Positions 11,801 through 22,389 are shown, numbered from the stretch's first letter. The stretch: 64,000 bases of DNA from Tubiluchus corallicola (GCA_030141605.1 JAQGDQ010000044.1:1-64000), one strand, 5' to 3'. Notes: generated by a model not told the origin, from the sequence alone. Program-made: numbers and translations.

Positions 11801-13768
11801 TTGTTTATGTAACTCTTGATCACGTACTGCTTTAGCCTGCAGTTCTGCAGCTTTTGTACGTGTAACTGCAAAACTATCAGAGATTTGTGGATCGCTAGAC
11901 AATTTCGATTGTTCGTTGTCTGAGATTTGTGTATTATTTCCAGCTGGGCCTTCATGAAGGTTTGATTCATCATTGGGTGTAAAAGGCCTCAGTGTAGATA
12001 AATAATCATTGCCCAATAGAAGCTCTGCTGGGAGGTCAGACATCACACTAACTGTAAGCCAACCAGCGAAGTTAGGACCTACAACTTTAATCTCTGCTGT
12101 ACGACATGGCTCGACATGACCATGCACACATCTAACAGGTTTAGGGTCAGACTTCAGATACTGATCTTTATCAACAAAACGTGGGTGGATCATAGAAACT
12201 GTGGCACCACTGTCTCTTTGCCCCAAAACAGGAATGTCATTCACAAGAGCCTCAAACATAAACGGTATATTATTAACTGGAATGTCTTGAAGTTTATTAG
12301 AACTAGTGTATGTTGATTCGTGATCACAACTACCAAACAAAGTCTTAACCGGAGTTTTATTTCTGCTGGTTTTGTTTGCCTTGTTAACAATATTAGTTGC
12401 ATTTTGCCCATTGTTATTTTGGTGATTGTTCCGCTGTGATGCTTGGCACTCTGGTCTTCTGTGACCAGGCTTACCACATTTATAACAAACTATCTTCTGT
12501 TTGTCATCAAGTTTATTATCAGAAACGTTTACTAAGGTATTGTTATTGTAAGGTTGTTTCTGAGAAAATTTTCCTGTTTTCCAAGGAGTAAAAGAGTGAT
12601 TCCTAGAGTCAGTCTCCTTGGAGCTAATAAATTTGTCAGCTTCCATGGCCATTTCAAGACCATTCTCAAATTCGTGTCTTTTTAGCCATGTGCGGACATC
12701 AGATGTTAAATTATCCATAAACTGTTCCATAGCCATGGCTTCAAAAAGCTTGGAATAGGAATCAACAGCATTAATTGCTTCACAGAAATCGGTTAATGCA
12801 CGAACCACTTTTAACCAATACTGATGACATGTTTCGTTGTGACCCTTAGTAAGAGCCCTAAAGCGTTTCCGGTAAGCATCTGTTGTTAAAATGTAAGCAG
12901 CTAAAAGAGACTTCCTTACATAAGAATAATCTTTAATATGCTCCTTAGGTATTTGCTGATATGCGTCAGCAGCTCGGCCAGATAGAGCAGGACCTAAAAG
13001 GGCAGACCAATTTGCCTCGGGAATATCATTAGATGTAGCACATGATTCAAACCAATTCAAATACCTCTGAATGTCATCAGAAGATTCACGAAAACCTCGG
13101 ACTTTCATTCTATTAAATGGGTTGGTAGGTACAACAGAAGTATTTGTCAAAGCCGCACTTCTGTTTAAAAGTTCTAATTTCCTTAACTCAAATTCCATCT
13201 CTTCCTTGCGCATGCGCTCAGCACGTTCACCTTGTTCTTTTTCATGCTGCAAAATGTCACGAACCAAATCGGGATTCATACCTTGAAGATTCTCAAGAGA
13301 AAACCCAGAAATACCACACTGTTTATCATTACCCCATCCACTGGAGGTAGGAATAACATTTTGTGCAGGTTTAAGAGCATCTTCTTCAATACCAACACCT
13401 TTTCCTGACTGAGAAATCTCCAGCCAAGTAGTAGAGAAAGGATCTTTTGGCTTAACACTTTGAAGAGGTGTACTAGCCTGGCCAATTTTGGAAGATTCTA
13501 TAATTCGTTCAGCAACAGAACCAGGAGATCTAATTGATGTATCATGCAATGTGTCAGTTTTATCAGAATTAATAAATGTTTTTCCCTGTAGAGGAACTTG
13601 TTGCATTTTAAGAATATGCTGTTGCGCTTTAATTATATGTTCAATTAATTCTTGCTTACTGACATGCGTAACATCGACAAGTAAATGAAGTGTGCTTGCT
13701 ACCCTGGAAAGTTCATCTTTTTTCATTTTATTCAACCGTGTCTTGTTGTAAATAGTTGCCTCAGCCAT
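8879..13768 (-). CDS. Gag-Pol polyprotein: capsid/SCAN-like, CCHC knuckle, protease, integrase, RT, RNase H
   Basis: CYKCGKPGHRRPEC; DSGA; HHCC (AHDNKMAGH...CPSC); rve core MDIIGP/TDRGTQF/GLVERYN; RT YIDD; RNase H TTDAS...VADALSR. First ATG (MAEAT) at 13768. Confidence 0.96.
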   Translation of the reverse strand: MAEATIYNKTRLNKMKKDELSRVASTLHLLVDVTHVSKQELIEHIIKAQQHILKMQQVPLQGKTFINSDKTDTLHDTSIRSPGSVAERIIESSKIGQASTPLQSVKPKDPFSTTWLEISQSGKGVGIEEDALKPAQNVIPTSSGWGNDKQCGISGFSLENLQGMNPDLVRDILQHEKEQGERAERMRKEEMEFELRKLELLNRSAALTNTSVVPTNPFNRMKVRGFRESSDDIQRYLNWFESCATSNDIPEANWSALLGPALSGRAADAYQQIPKEHIKDYSYVRKSLLAAYILTTDAYRKRFRALTKGHNETCHQYWLKVVRALTDFCEAINAVDSYSKLFEAMAMEQFMDNLTSDVRTWLKRHEFENGLEMAMEADKFISSKETDSRNHSFTPWKTGKFSQKQPYNNNTLVNVSDNKLDDKQKIVCYKCGKPGHRRPECQASQRNNHQNNNGQNATNIVNKANKTSRNKTPVKTLFGSCDHESTYTSSNKLQDIPVNNIPFMFEALVNDIPVLGQRDSGATVSMIHPRFVDKDQYLKSDPKPVRCVHGHVEPCRTAEIKVVGPNFAGWLTVSVMSDLPAELLLGNDYLSTLRPFTPNDESNLHEGPAGNNTQISDNEQSKLSSDPQISDSFAVTRTKAAELQAKAVRDQELHKQLEHSTYSTQEHSNLEQFKQEQAQLITVSFEQLKQEQRNDPSLANYIDHATTFEIAEQNGKGYFLKDGMLYYLCKHTKAGKPRELLVLPKSRRRQVLEIAHDNKMAGHLGIRKTADRILMEYIWPKIKHVVRSYCRSCPSCQKNGRLQKGDRLPLRPLPIPKQPFFRIGMDIIGPLSRTPDGNKYALVIVDHATRYPDCYPIPNIETTTILNKLVEFCCRYGIPKEILTDRGTQFTSKLTQQLEEQLGVKGIYTSAYAPSTNGLVERYNSTLKASIRKLIQDHPHLPWDLAIPFVLFAYREVPQESTHYSPNELVFGYPLRGPLAMLKERWGCEKLPELEDVDDYVSRIINTLDETLEDAHNSLRRAKLAQKSWFDRVSKQRSFNIGDKVLVQRMKKGSKMATTWRGPYPIVDKLSECTYRVKLGKPGSRRSLSTFHANRLKAYIDREEELVLMALHNEDRDDASINWQEVEETCNKIGSGKTEACDLPEYAFFPTAVATQSVEDVELPDYLSEEAKEQMRNIFHSYPQMFTDLPGRTKLVQHYINLHDKTPVQQHSYRVPQARLDIIRKEIKDMLDLGVIRRSDSEYSSPMLVVPKPPMDGVSQWRPCVDYRALNKRTIFSPYPTPRPDDMIDDLHGAKWISTLDLSKAYWQIELAPESQPVSAFVTNFGKFEFTVMPFGLMNAAASAQSLIDRILDPVSYCSSGYIDDVIIKSPNWTDHLKHVDYTLYNIRKAGVTVKPKKCHFAQQEVEFLGYVVGKNRLKPQLSKVERIRQFLRPQTKTQVRRFLGMVSFYRRFIPHFSSIAAPLHALTEKYAPVQVEWTEATESSFRQLQDALSSESVLHSPDFTKPFYLTTDASFIGLGAVLSQDKGDGLAEVPITYISRKLTQPETRYSVVELECLSVVFSVEKLRYYLEGRHFTVRTDQCSLLALDKMKTKNRRLCHWALKLSEYAFDIEHVPGCENRVADALSRL

Positions 13769-14424
13769 TCTGCATGAAAACGCACAACTTTTAAACAAAT
13801 AAGATCACTTTAATCACACTTGCGCGTATGTACACCAAAAAATTATCAAACAGTCATGCATAATGTCAACCACCGCTTGAAAGGTCGCGCATAATTAATA
13901 TCCGTACGAAAAGTATATTCTGCTACTGTCAGTAGCATACGACTCGTATGTGCGCCGCACTCAAGAGAGCAGAAATAATTCAAGAAAAAGAACAATAGCG
14001 GGCGAGCTAAATTATGGGCACTCAACCCCAACCTCAAGGAAAACTAAAAAATGCTCTACAAACAGTCTCAAAATTTTATAAGTATGGAACTACTGGAAAT
14101 TCCCTACATAGAATTGCGAGCTGTAGGCTTTTCAATTACAGCAAACTTCTAAGCCAATAAATCAAGAACATATTTGGACTGAAAATATCAACAAATTTGT
14201 CCTATACAGTTAACGAAAGTAATAAATTTGGCTTCCTGGGTCTGTACGCAAAGCTCTAGTTTAACGCAACTATATAGCAAAATACTGTATTGTGCTACAA
14301 ACAGGAAACGATTTCAAAACGTAAACAATTCACGTAAATACATTAAGCACAATTTTAGGCCACTCAGTCATAAAATCCAGTAACAACCAGTAAACAAACC
14401 GTTATCACCAAAAAACTACTGGTA

Positions 14425-14437
14425 ACTTCTGACACCA
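14425..14437 (-). promoter_or_regulatory. Primer binding site, tRNA-Leu
   Basis: TGGTGTCAGAAGT, 2 nt from the LTR, complementary to the 3' end ...ACUUCUGACACCA of metazoan tRNA-Leu. Confidence 0.85.
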
Positions 14438-14439
14438 AT

Positions 14440-15621
14440 TGTGACGACCACTGGCACCATTTTTGACTCTCTATGGTGTATTGTATAAAAGAATAAATAG
14501 TTTTGTCAGGAATGCGAAATAGGGGTTGTCTTTTACTTTATCCGAGCACGCCAGAGTTCATCACATGTGGATAAAAACAATTTTTAATACTAATTTTTTA
14601 AGGCAAGGGGTTTTTATCCAGACTTTTTTACCGAGGGTCCTAGTAGTTTGATTAAAACTGATGCTATTTTAGGCCATTATAATTTGTACTTAGAAATGAC
14701 GAGGACGAACAGGAGGACAAACAAACGTTATTGCTTTTTTTTATAAAAAAAACGTGTAAAAATTATTTAGTGGTAATTTCAAAAATAATATTTCTACAAA
14801 TCACTTGCATACATACATATAACGAAAGAATTCAGTAAACCCCATCCCAGGTATAATAGGAAGAGAGGAGAGGATAATTACCGAAGAGTTCCATTGTCGC
14901 TGCAGCTGTACCAATGGGCTAGCCTCAGGTCGTGATACCGTGGGTCCAGTTATCCAGGATCACATCTCAAGAATCAAGAAACCACACTGCTGGGGCTCAC
15001 GCATTGCAGACTCCACCACCAGAGTGTTAGAAACAAGGATCCAGGGTCTCGAAACGTCTCCGTTTACTCCTATACTGTAGGAGTCAGCAAATGACGGAGG
15101 AAAGGAGAAAAGGTCCTCGTTCCCAGTCTTCAACTAGGCAACCTCCTTAGGCAGTTCCAAACTCCACCCAACAACCGTCATGATCTACGTGGCCAGATTA
15201 CGAACACGACGAAGTTTCCTGCATACTAGTAACACTGCCTAGGAACCGTCTGGTTTCCTCTCAGAGAAATTTGATTACACTGAGAACACCAAAACTAGCG
15301 AACTCACTATGAGATCTCAAAAGTTATGAGATCTCAAACTTGCTGCCACAAAACGTGTGCTTCCAACGCAGCTTAAAAACCCGTAATGGCGGCAATAAGG
15401 AAAAATCACGGTTCAATGCTTTTCCAGGAGCGCGAAAATTATCCTGTAACCATTCAAGACATGTGACAGGAAGATCGCCATCAAACAGGGAAAAGGGGAG
15501 AGGTATTAAAGGATGGGCAGAAAACCAACCCAAACATAAAACAGAAATGAATATTTTATTTGGAGTACAAAATGAACTTTAGCATAATTTTAATACGGAC
15601 GAGGACGTCTGTGACGTCACA
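14440..15621 (-). repeat. 5' LTR of the Gypsy element
   Basis: Direct repeat of 6774-7955, immediately followed on the minus strand by the PBS. Confidence 0.96.
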
Positions 15622-15678
15622 CTCATATTGGCTTTAGTATATATTAGCAAATTTAATATATGTTATAATTGCACTGTT

Positions 15679-15716
<38 letters not shown>

Positions 15717-16287
15717 TGTTTACATGTTTACGTATGTATATATCATGTAAAGTATATATGATATGTATGAGGTATACATACATATACATATACTTTATAC
15801 ATATCATATATACATGCATAAACATATATACATATATATATATATGTGTGTATCAGTGCAATTATGACATATATTAAATTTGTTAATACATACTAAAGCC
15901 AATATGAGCATAGTCCATTTTATTGTTAGGATAATCGTCACAACGTTTATGATATTTGCAATGTCCATTATATATATCATGTATATATCATACACATAAT
16001 ATTTTTTTCTTTGCACGTATTACATATTATAACAGTGCAATTTATAAATATTTGCTAGCAACAATTGACTAGAATATTTGCATCAGTTAGTTGTAATATA
16101 ACACAACATTTAACGAAGTTGTTCAAAAGAAACACCTGGTATGTGGCTTTCACCTGTGGTCATTAGGACAGTAGAGCTAACAAGCAAACGTGTCTTGATT
16201 ATTAATATTACATTGATTAAGATTAGACGTATTTTGCGTGATAAATATATCCATTTCATTCTAAGGGCGTACAAGTGGAGTCACATT

Positions 16288-16683
16288 TAAGAGACAGCCT
16301 CTCTAAAACATTATTTCTTGACCGATTTATGCAATAGTTTTAAACGTTTTTTTAACTGTCAAAAGTTCAAAGGAGAAAGCTTCAACAAACACTATGGTCA
16401 TGGTAGAACAAGTAAAGGGTGATGAAGTACGTTTCAGAAAAATTGCCTTGAAATTTACATCACTTTATAGCTATTTTGTGCGTATATCGTGCACGCTTTG
16501 AAAGGATAATTTGTTTGTTTTCATTTTAAATCTGCCGCAATACTGTTCCGACGGTGCCATTACATGACGTAATATACGCACAACGAAAAGCAGGGGAAGA
16601 AAAGGAAATGTTAAACTATGTCCCAAAAAACTTTGCATGCAAAGCTACATTACCTAGCATTTTGTCTGAGAAATACGCCTTAC
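16288..16683. mobile_element. Interspersed repeat family C (non-autonomous DNA element), copy 1
   Basis: Reverse-complement similarity to 50930-51285 over about 270 bp; ends approximate. Confidence 0.65.
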
Positions 16684-17322
16684 ACTAGTACTTACTTTGG
16701 ACGTGATTACTATACAATCACATCAACTGTAATAGACTTTACACAAAGCACTTCATATGTCTTTAGAACTTTTACATGAATAAAACAGGAACATTTCACT
16801 TATTTCCAGGGGCGTGTTAACCAATATACTAACTAGGCTATACCCTAGAGGCGTCAAAGTTTGAGGGGCTTCAAATTTTAGAAAAAATTCTTATTCTCCT
16901 GGGAAAATGTGTATATGTGAGCTTTCATATTCATGTAAAGGGCGCATTTTATAACACACCAAAGGCAGTTACGAGTGCAGCTTTTATATAAGTGCCACAT
17001 AACGAACAGGTGCAAAGTATTACACAACAAGCAGCTACGCAGCCTGCTTGAATATAAGCGCTATGCAAATACATTTAATTAATAATGACAACGTAGAAAC
17101 AAGATTAATAGTATTTCTAATACACTACAAGTAATTGTTTAAGCTGTTCATTACATGAAAAACCATAAATTCACAAATTCACGGCGCGCAGCACAGAGCT
17201 ATCAGTCTAGGGCGTCGTAAAGTGTTGATACGCTCCTGCTTATTTCTTACCGAAGATAAGAAGGTAAAGATGCATATAAAGATGGACTATGGTATGTAGA
17301 GAACACTGTTTAGTTTACTCAC

Positions 17323-17393
17323 CTCAAAACTTATATGTCCAATGTGATTATGATCGAACGTTCGGAATACATAATGTGCATATTGAGTGGGAT
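17323..17393 (-). CDS. KCNIP: KChIP core exon (71 nt), EF-hand 2
   Basis: atttcag|ATCCC...TTTGAG|gtgagt. Encodes (D)PTQYAHYVFRTFDHNHIGHISFE. Confidence 0.95.
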
Positions 17394-17510
17394 CTGAAAT
17401 ATAAAATCCACAATATAATAAATACCTAATTGTTGTAAGGAGCAGGTGCGTATAATTATGATAAAGATTTGTGCGTCTTTGATTAGTCAAACAAGGGTAT
17501 AAATGCATTG

Positions 17511-17753
17511 GACTGTGTGGCCGAGTCGTTTAGATTTCGGACTACAACCGTGCAGTCTTGAGTTCGATACTAGCAGCTGCATAAGTCAGGGCGCGATACT
17601 AGCAGCTGCCAACGCTAGGGCATATAACGTACATGTTATTCGTTATCTGTGTGTTGCGTCCTTGCCTGTATTGTCGCTAAATAGTAGTTAGTGTTAATGT
17701 TGTCTGTTAAATGAGCGACGGTAAATTTAATATTGTCTTTGTCTTTTGTCTTT
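17511..17753 (+). mobile_element. tRNA-derived SINE
   Basis: A box TGGCCGAGTCG, B box GAGTTCGATAC, tgtgttgcgtccttg core-like motif and a (tgtcttt)n tail. Confidence 0.65.
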
Positions 17754-18325
17754 GCATATTACTGGCTTATTAATACTATTCACCTAGTTAATTATAATAT
17801 CACGCACGTACAACACATACGTTAACAACATTTACTTCGTAACATGATGTGTAATAGTTAAGGAGAGACAGGATTACACCAAATTAATCGTCAGATCACA
17901 ACTGTTAATTAACACATTGTTACATATAAGACGAGCAAAGTAAATAACAATGAGCGTATATGCGTGCTGATGACTGTGATGAGTGTTGATGGTTTTCACT
18001 GCAGCTCAAGTTAGGAGGCTATTTAGAGAAATAAAACACGAATCTACAGCTAACAAAAAGGGAGTCGTCGAAAGTGACAGTTTTGTAAGCATAGACCTAC
18101 AGATTCATCAAAACATATAACTGGAAAATCATGTGGATTATCATGTGAAATGAATTTTATATTGCAGAATATAAGCGTAACGCTGCAGTTTTACGTTTCG
18201 ACTGTCGAATCCGCCAAAGCTTTTCTGAATGAATTGCTACAGTGTCGCGTTCATACCAGCGCTGGTTCATCAACTTGTGAAAAATAAATTTTTCATTCAT
18301 GTTAGGTAAATGGAAAAACGTCTAC

Positions 18326-18395
18326 CTCCTTGGGGAAAAAACTGAGAATATATATCCTTGAACGTCTCTTCAGTGACGATCCCTGTAGGGCATTC
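18326..18395 (-). CDS. KCNIP: KChIP core exon (70 nt), EF-hand 1 region
   Basis: ttttatag|GAATGC...CAAGGAG|gtagac. Encodes [23 protein letters not shown], with the NCS-family CPxG motif. Confidence 0.95.
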
Positions 18396-19075
18396 CTATA
18401 AAATAAATCTTTTGTTAATGCGCAGTCTTGTATAGTTAAATTTGAAACATGCACGTACTAGAATAATTTTAACTAGAATAATGCTAGTTACAGTCTATAA
18501 ATACGTTTTATAAATCATTTCTGAAATATTTGTTATTCTAATTTATGTAGTGTAAGGAATACAAAATTTCTTCATGTAGCCCTGTATATCAGTGAGTACT
18601 CTGTTTGGTCTGACACAAGTACTAATCCTGTAATCATTAAAATCTCCAATTAATTCACATAAATTTGCACCAAGAAATAAAATATAGTATTCTGTCACAC
18701 CACATAGTGCCCCCAACCCAAAGTAAATTTTGTTAATGTGCTGTCTATACGGGCAGTGTTTTTTGATTTTGACTTTTTAGTTGTACATTGCCCTCACACT
18801 TCAATTATTGTAATCCAATTGTGTGAAATAAATAAATTATATATCTTATAACATCTTTTAACATCGGAAATTAGCCTGTGTAACCAGACTTAACTGTTAT
18901 TAAAAAGGACCGCCTATTCAGCAAAGATGATTACAAAATAAGTTGATCACCCATCCATCTAAGAACTAACCCAGGGTCTTAACACTTAAATTGGGAAAAT
19001 GTATAATCTTAATATAAACTGCCATCCTAGGTTACGCACATTAACCTATATAAACGACCCTGTGGTTAAGCCTAC

Positions 19076-19200
19076 CTGCTTAAAGCCTCGATACATCATC
19101 TGTAACTCTTTTCTAGTAAAGCGCGTTGTTTGGCACAGAACATCCAAACCTTCTGGCTTGTATCGCACCATCTGCATCTCCAGATCCTCCACATCGTGGT
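19076..19200 (-). CDS. KCNIP: KChIP/calsenilin-family gene, first core coding exon (125 nt)
   Basis: Acceptor ttgtttcag|AC and donor CAG|gtaggc. Encodes (D)HDVEDLEMQMVRYKPEGLDVLCQTTRFTRKELQMMYRGFKQ, matching the KChIP core N-terminus. Phase 1 in, phase 0 out. Confidence 0.95.
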
Positions 19201-20012
19201 CTGAAACAAGAAAACAACAACAATGAAAGCAACAACAATGTGCTCTGAAACAAAAAAACAACAACAATGTGGCCTGAAACAAGAAAACAACAACAATGAC
19301 AGCAACAACAATGTGCTCTAAAACAAGAAAACAAAAACAATGACAGCAACAACATTGTGGTCTGAAACAAGAAAACAACAACAATGACAGCAACAACAAT
19401 GTGCTCTAAAACAAGAAAACAAAAACAATGACAGCAACAACAATGTGGTCTGAAACAAGATAACAAAAACAATGACAGCAACAACAATGTGGTCTGAAAC
19501 AAGAAAACAACAACAATGACAGCAACAACAATGTGCTCTAAAACAAGAAAACAAAAACAATGACAGCAACAACATTGTGGTCTGAAACAAGAAAACAACA
19601 ACAATGACAGCAACAACAATGTGGTCTGAAACAAGAAAACAACAACAATGTGCTCTAAAACAAGAAAACAAAAACAATGACAGCAAAAACAATGTGGTCT
19701 GAAACAAGAAAACAACAACAATGACAGCAACATCAATGTGGTCTGAAACAAGAAAACAACAACAATGACAGCAACAACATTGTGGTCTGAAACAAGAAAA
19801 CAACAACAATGACAGCAATAACAATGTGGTCTGAAACAAGAAAACAAAAAAAATGACAGCAACAACATTGTGGTCTGAAACAAGATAACAACAACAATGA
19901 CAGCAACAACAATGTGCTCTAAAACAAGAAAACAAAAACAATGACAGCAACAACAGTGTGGTCTGAATCAAGATAACAACAACAATGTGGTCTGAAACAA
20001 GAAAACAACAAC
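19195..20012. repeat. 44-bp minisatellite (about 19 units, three 29-bp variants) made of the splice acceptor
   Basis: Unit tgtggtctgaaacaagaaaacaacaacaatgacagcaacaacaa. Confidence 0.95.
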
Positions 20013-21491
20013 TCTCGCTTTTACTACACAAAATAACAAAAATTCAGAACAAGATCATTCTGTCTCACAATTAGTGAAAAAAACTAATATGAAATAGTTG
20101 TATAGGACTGACATAAGTATTAAATAAAAACAATAGCTACGAGTACATAAATATCAGGTCTTTACAACAATAACAATAATAAAGTCCCAGGAACGGCAAC
20201 AATACGATCGAGATGAGCCAAACAAAAATTAGTATGAACCACCCCAATTGCAGACAAAAAAACATTTATTGATGATCTGAACAAATTTTCGAGACACTGT
20301 CTCATGAAATTCCAGTAAGCAAACTATGAATCACCTCGCCCAGTGCTTCTAACCCTTTTTCTAATCTGTCTTGCCTGTAACGCAGCCGTCCTTAATTTGC
20401 AATTTTTCAACGCAACTCTGCGTAGAATTAGAAGTACATTTTCAGTAAGAACGTCTAGGCTTCTGAATCAATACTATCTCGAATTACAGATTGTAAGCAT
20501 CGTGTACAGCATTGCAGTGATCGAGCTCACCACACAACGGTGGTTATCGAGCCTAAGCTTTCTTTCAATAACTAAGCTAAACTCTGTAATGAAAAATTAC
20601 AGATTTTGGTAGAAACATAATTTACGTAAAGCAAGCCAGTCTGTTTTCTGCAACGCAGTCTGTCCACTAGCTAGCTCAGTGTGATTTGTTTTCATTAGAA
20701 AGTTTACACGAGTCTAAAAACAGACGAAGCCATTTTCTGGCAGCGCTCAAAATTTGTACAGGAAGCCTGTAGCTTAGTTTATTGACACTCAACTACTAAG
20801 AGCTCATTGGAAGTTCACAAAGATAATGGTTAGTATCCAGAAACTGAAAAGCTTAGATTTTTTATTCTCGAACAGGAAGAACGATGGTTGAATAAAGTAC
20901 GGAGTCGACGAATGCAGTACACTGTTGGAGAGAAAATAAATTAAAATCTTGGTACAGGATTGTAGATTTGTTTGTCAGTAAAGACAAGGTACAAAATTGC
21001 GAACGTTAGATTCGTGTGAAAGGGGTATAAAATATGATTCTACAACGTATACATCCCCCAAAAAACAAAAAAGAACTTGTTTCTCTTTACCCAAGTTAAC
21101 TACAAGTAGCACGAGTGTTTTTTCAAAGCGTTAATTAGATGAATCGTGGATCTGGGGCATAAACTATATGTAAAACGCTCCTTGTAACATTTTTTAGTAA
21201 TATAATGAAGTTTGTTTGTCTGCTTGTTTTTCTGCACAGTCCCACAAAATGAATTTGGCAAAATCTTGGCAAAACGCAGTAAATGTTTGTAAAATCCAGC
21301 TGTAATCACTAATTGTAGCTCACATGCTTATTGAACAAGGCAAGTACAACTCAATAACCTATCCTCTAGGTGGTACAAGTTATCACTAATTAAGCTACCG
21401 TTTTCTGCAGTATGCTAACTGAGTGCTACAGCTAAGTGGTTTGTAAGACAAGAGCTCTCTCTCTCTCTCCCTCCCTTCCCTTCCCTATATT

Positions 21492-21526
<35 letters not shown>

Positions 21527-22319
21527 CATATATAGTGAGATAATTCCTATACAGAATTCCTATCCTGCATTTACAACACCATTAGAGGTACAAGTCAGTG
21601 AATCTGACGTAGAATTCAGAGGATAACTCTTCTACCTGGAAGAGGATGCAAATCGTTTAAAAACAGAATAGGATTAAGGGACACAGATCAGTGAATGGAT
21701 TTGGCGAGTCAAATCCCAGAGCATTTAATTTCACATTGTCCGTTGCTATTGGTTAGACAAGATATGAGATTGAACCTTCAACGCGGCTTATTAAATGACT
21801 ATATACAAAAAGAGAGACACTAATGTAATTAAAATGTATATAGATATTTCTGTCTCTTTGTTGATTTGTTTTTCCGTTGTATAATTTTGTAATGTATTAT
21901 AAACATGTAATTAATTATATTTGTAAATATTAATAATGTATTGTGTGACTGTATAATAATTGTAAAACATTTACTCAAAATGATCTTATAGTAAATTAAT
22001 TAAACTAGCGTATCTGTTTATGTATGAATAATATAAGCACAACATTATTTAGATCTGTGTATATGCTATTTATATATGGAATATAACACGTACAAACATT
22101 ATATTATGCAAATGTAGGATATGTAATTGGAATTAGTAGCATCCTATTACAGAACTGCTAGCGTATTTTGTGAGCAATGGTACTGAAAAGATGAAATGCA
22201 ATGAGATTTAAAAATGTAATAAATGTAATATTTATATTATATAATATAATACAAAAAATTATTTAAAATTTCCGCACCTACCTGCTGGTTGTGCAAGTTT
22301 GGTTTAATTAATAATCTCC

Positions 22320-22323
<4 letters not shown>

Positions 22324-22386
<63 letters not shown>
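22324..22386. repeat. (CT)n microsatellite
   Basis: Direct reading. Confidence 0.95.

Positions 22387-22389
<3 letters not shown>

Larger units (their letters stand above)
6774..15621 (-). mobile_element. Full-length Ty3/Gypsy LTR retrotransposon, Gmr1-like
   Basis: Two 1182-bp TG..CA LTRs, 5-bp TSD CTCAT (6769-6773 and 15622-15626), PBS, PPT and a single intact gag-pol ORF. Confidence 0.97.

Noticed and set aside
8879-13798. Copia classification from INT-before-RT order
   Set aside because: RT/RNase H motifs (PCVDYRALN, MPFGL, TDAS, ADALSR) and the GPY motif are Gypsy-type.
17511-17585. tRNA gene
   Set aside because: A and B boxes are present but there is no closed cloverleaf; it continues into a SINE body.
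19113-20031. 256-aa and 237-aa Cys/Leu-rich ORFs as standalone genes
   Set aside because: Products of a stop-poor minisatellite; no independent start or splice context.
20335-20417. Possible KChIP exon (VALKNCKLRTAALQARQIRKRVRSTGR)
   Set aside because: Open frame with a phase-1 exit, but a weak donor (GAG|gtgatt), phase-2 entry with no matching partner exon, and no homology.
21630-21800. Minus-strand SINE
   Set aside because: Only a weak B-box and a tgtgtccctta motif; too degenerate to support.
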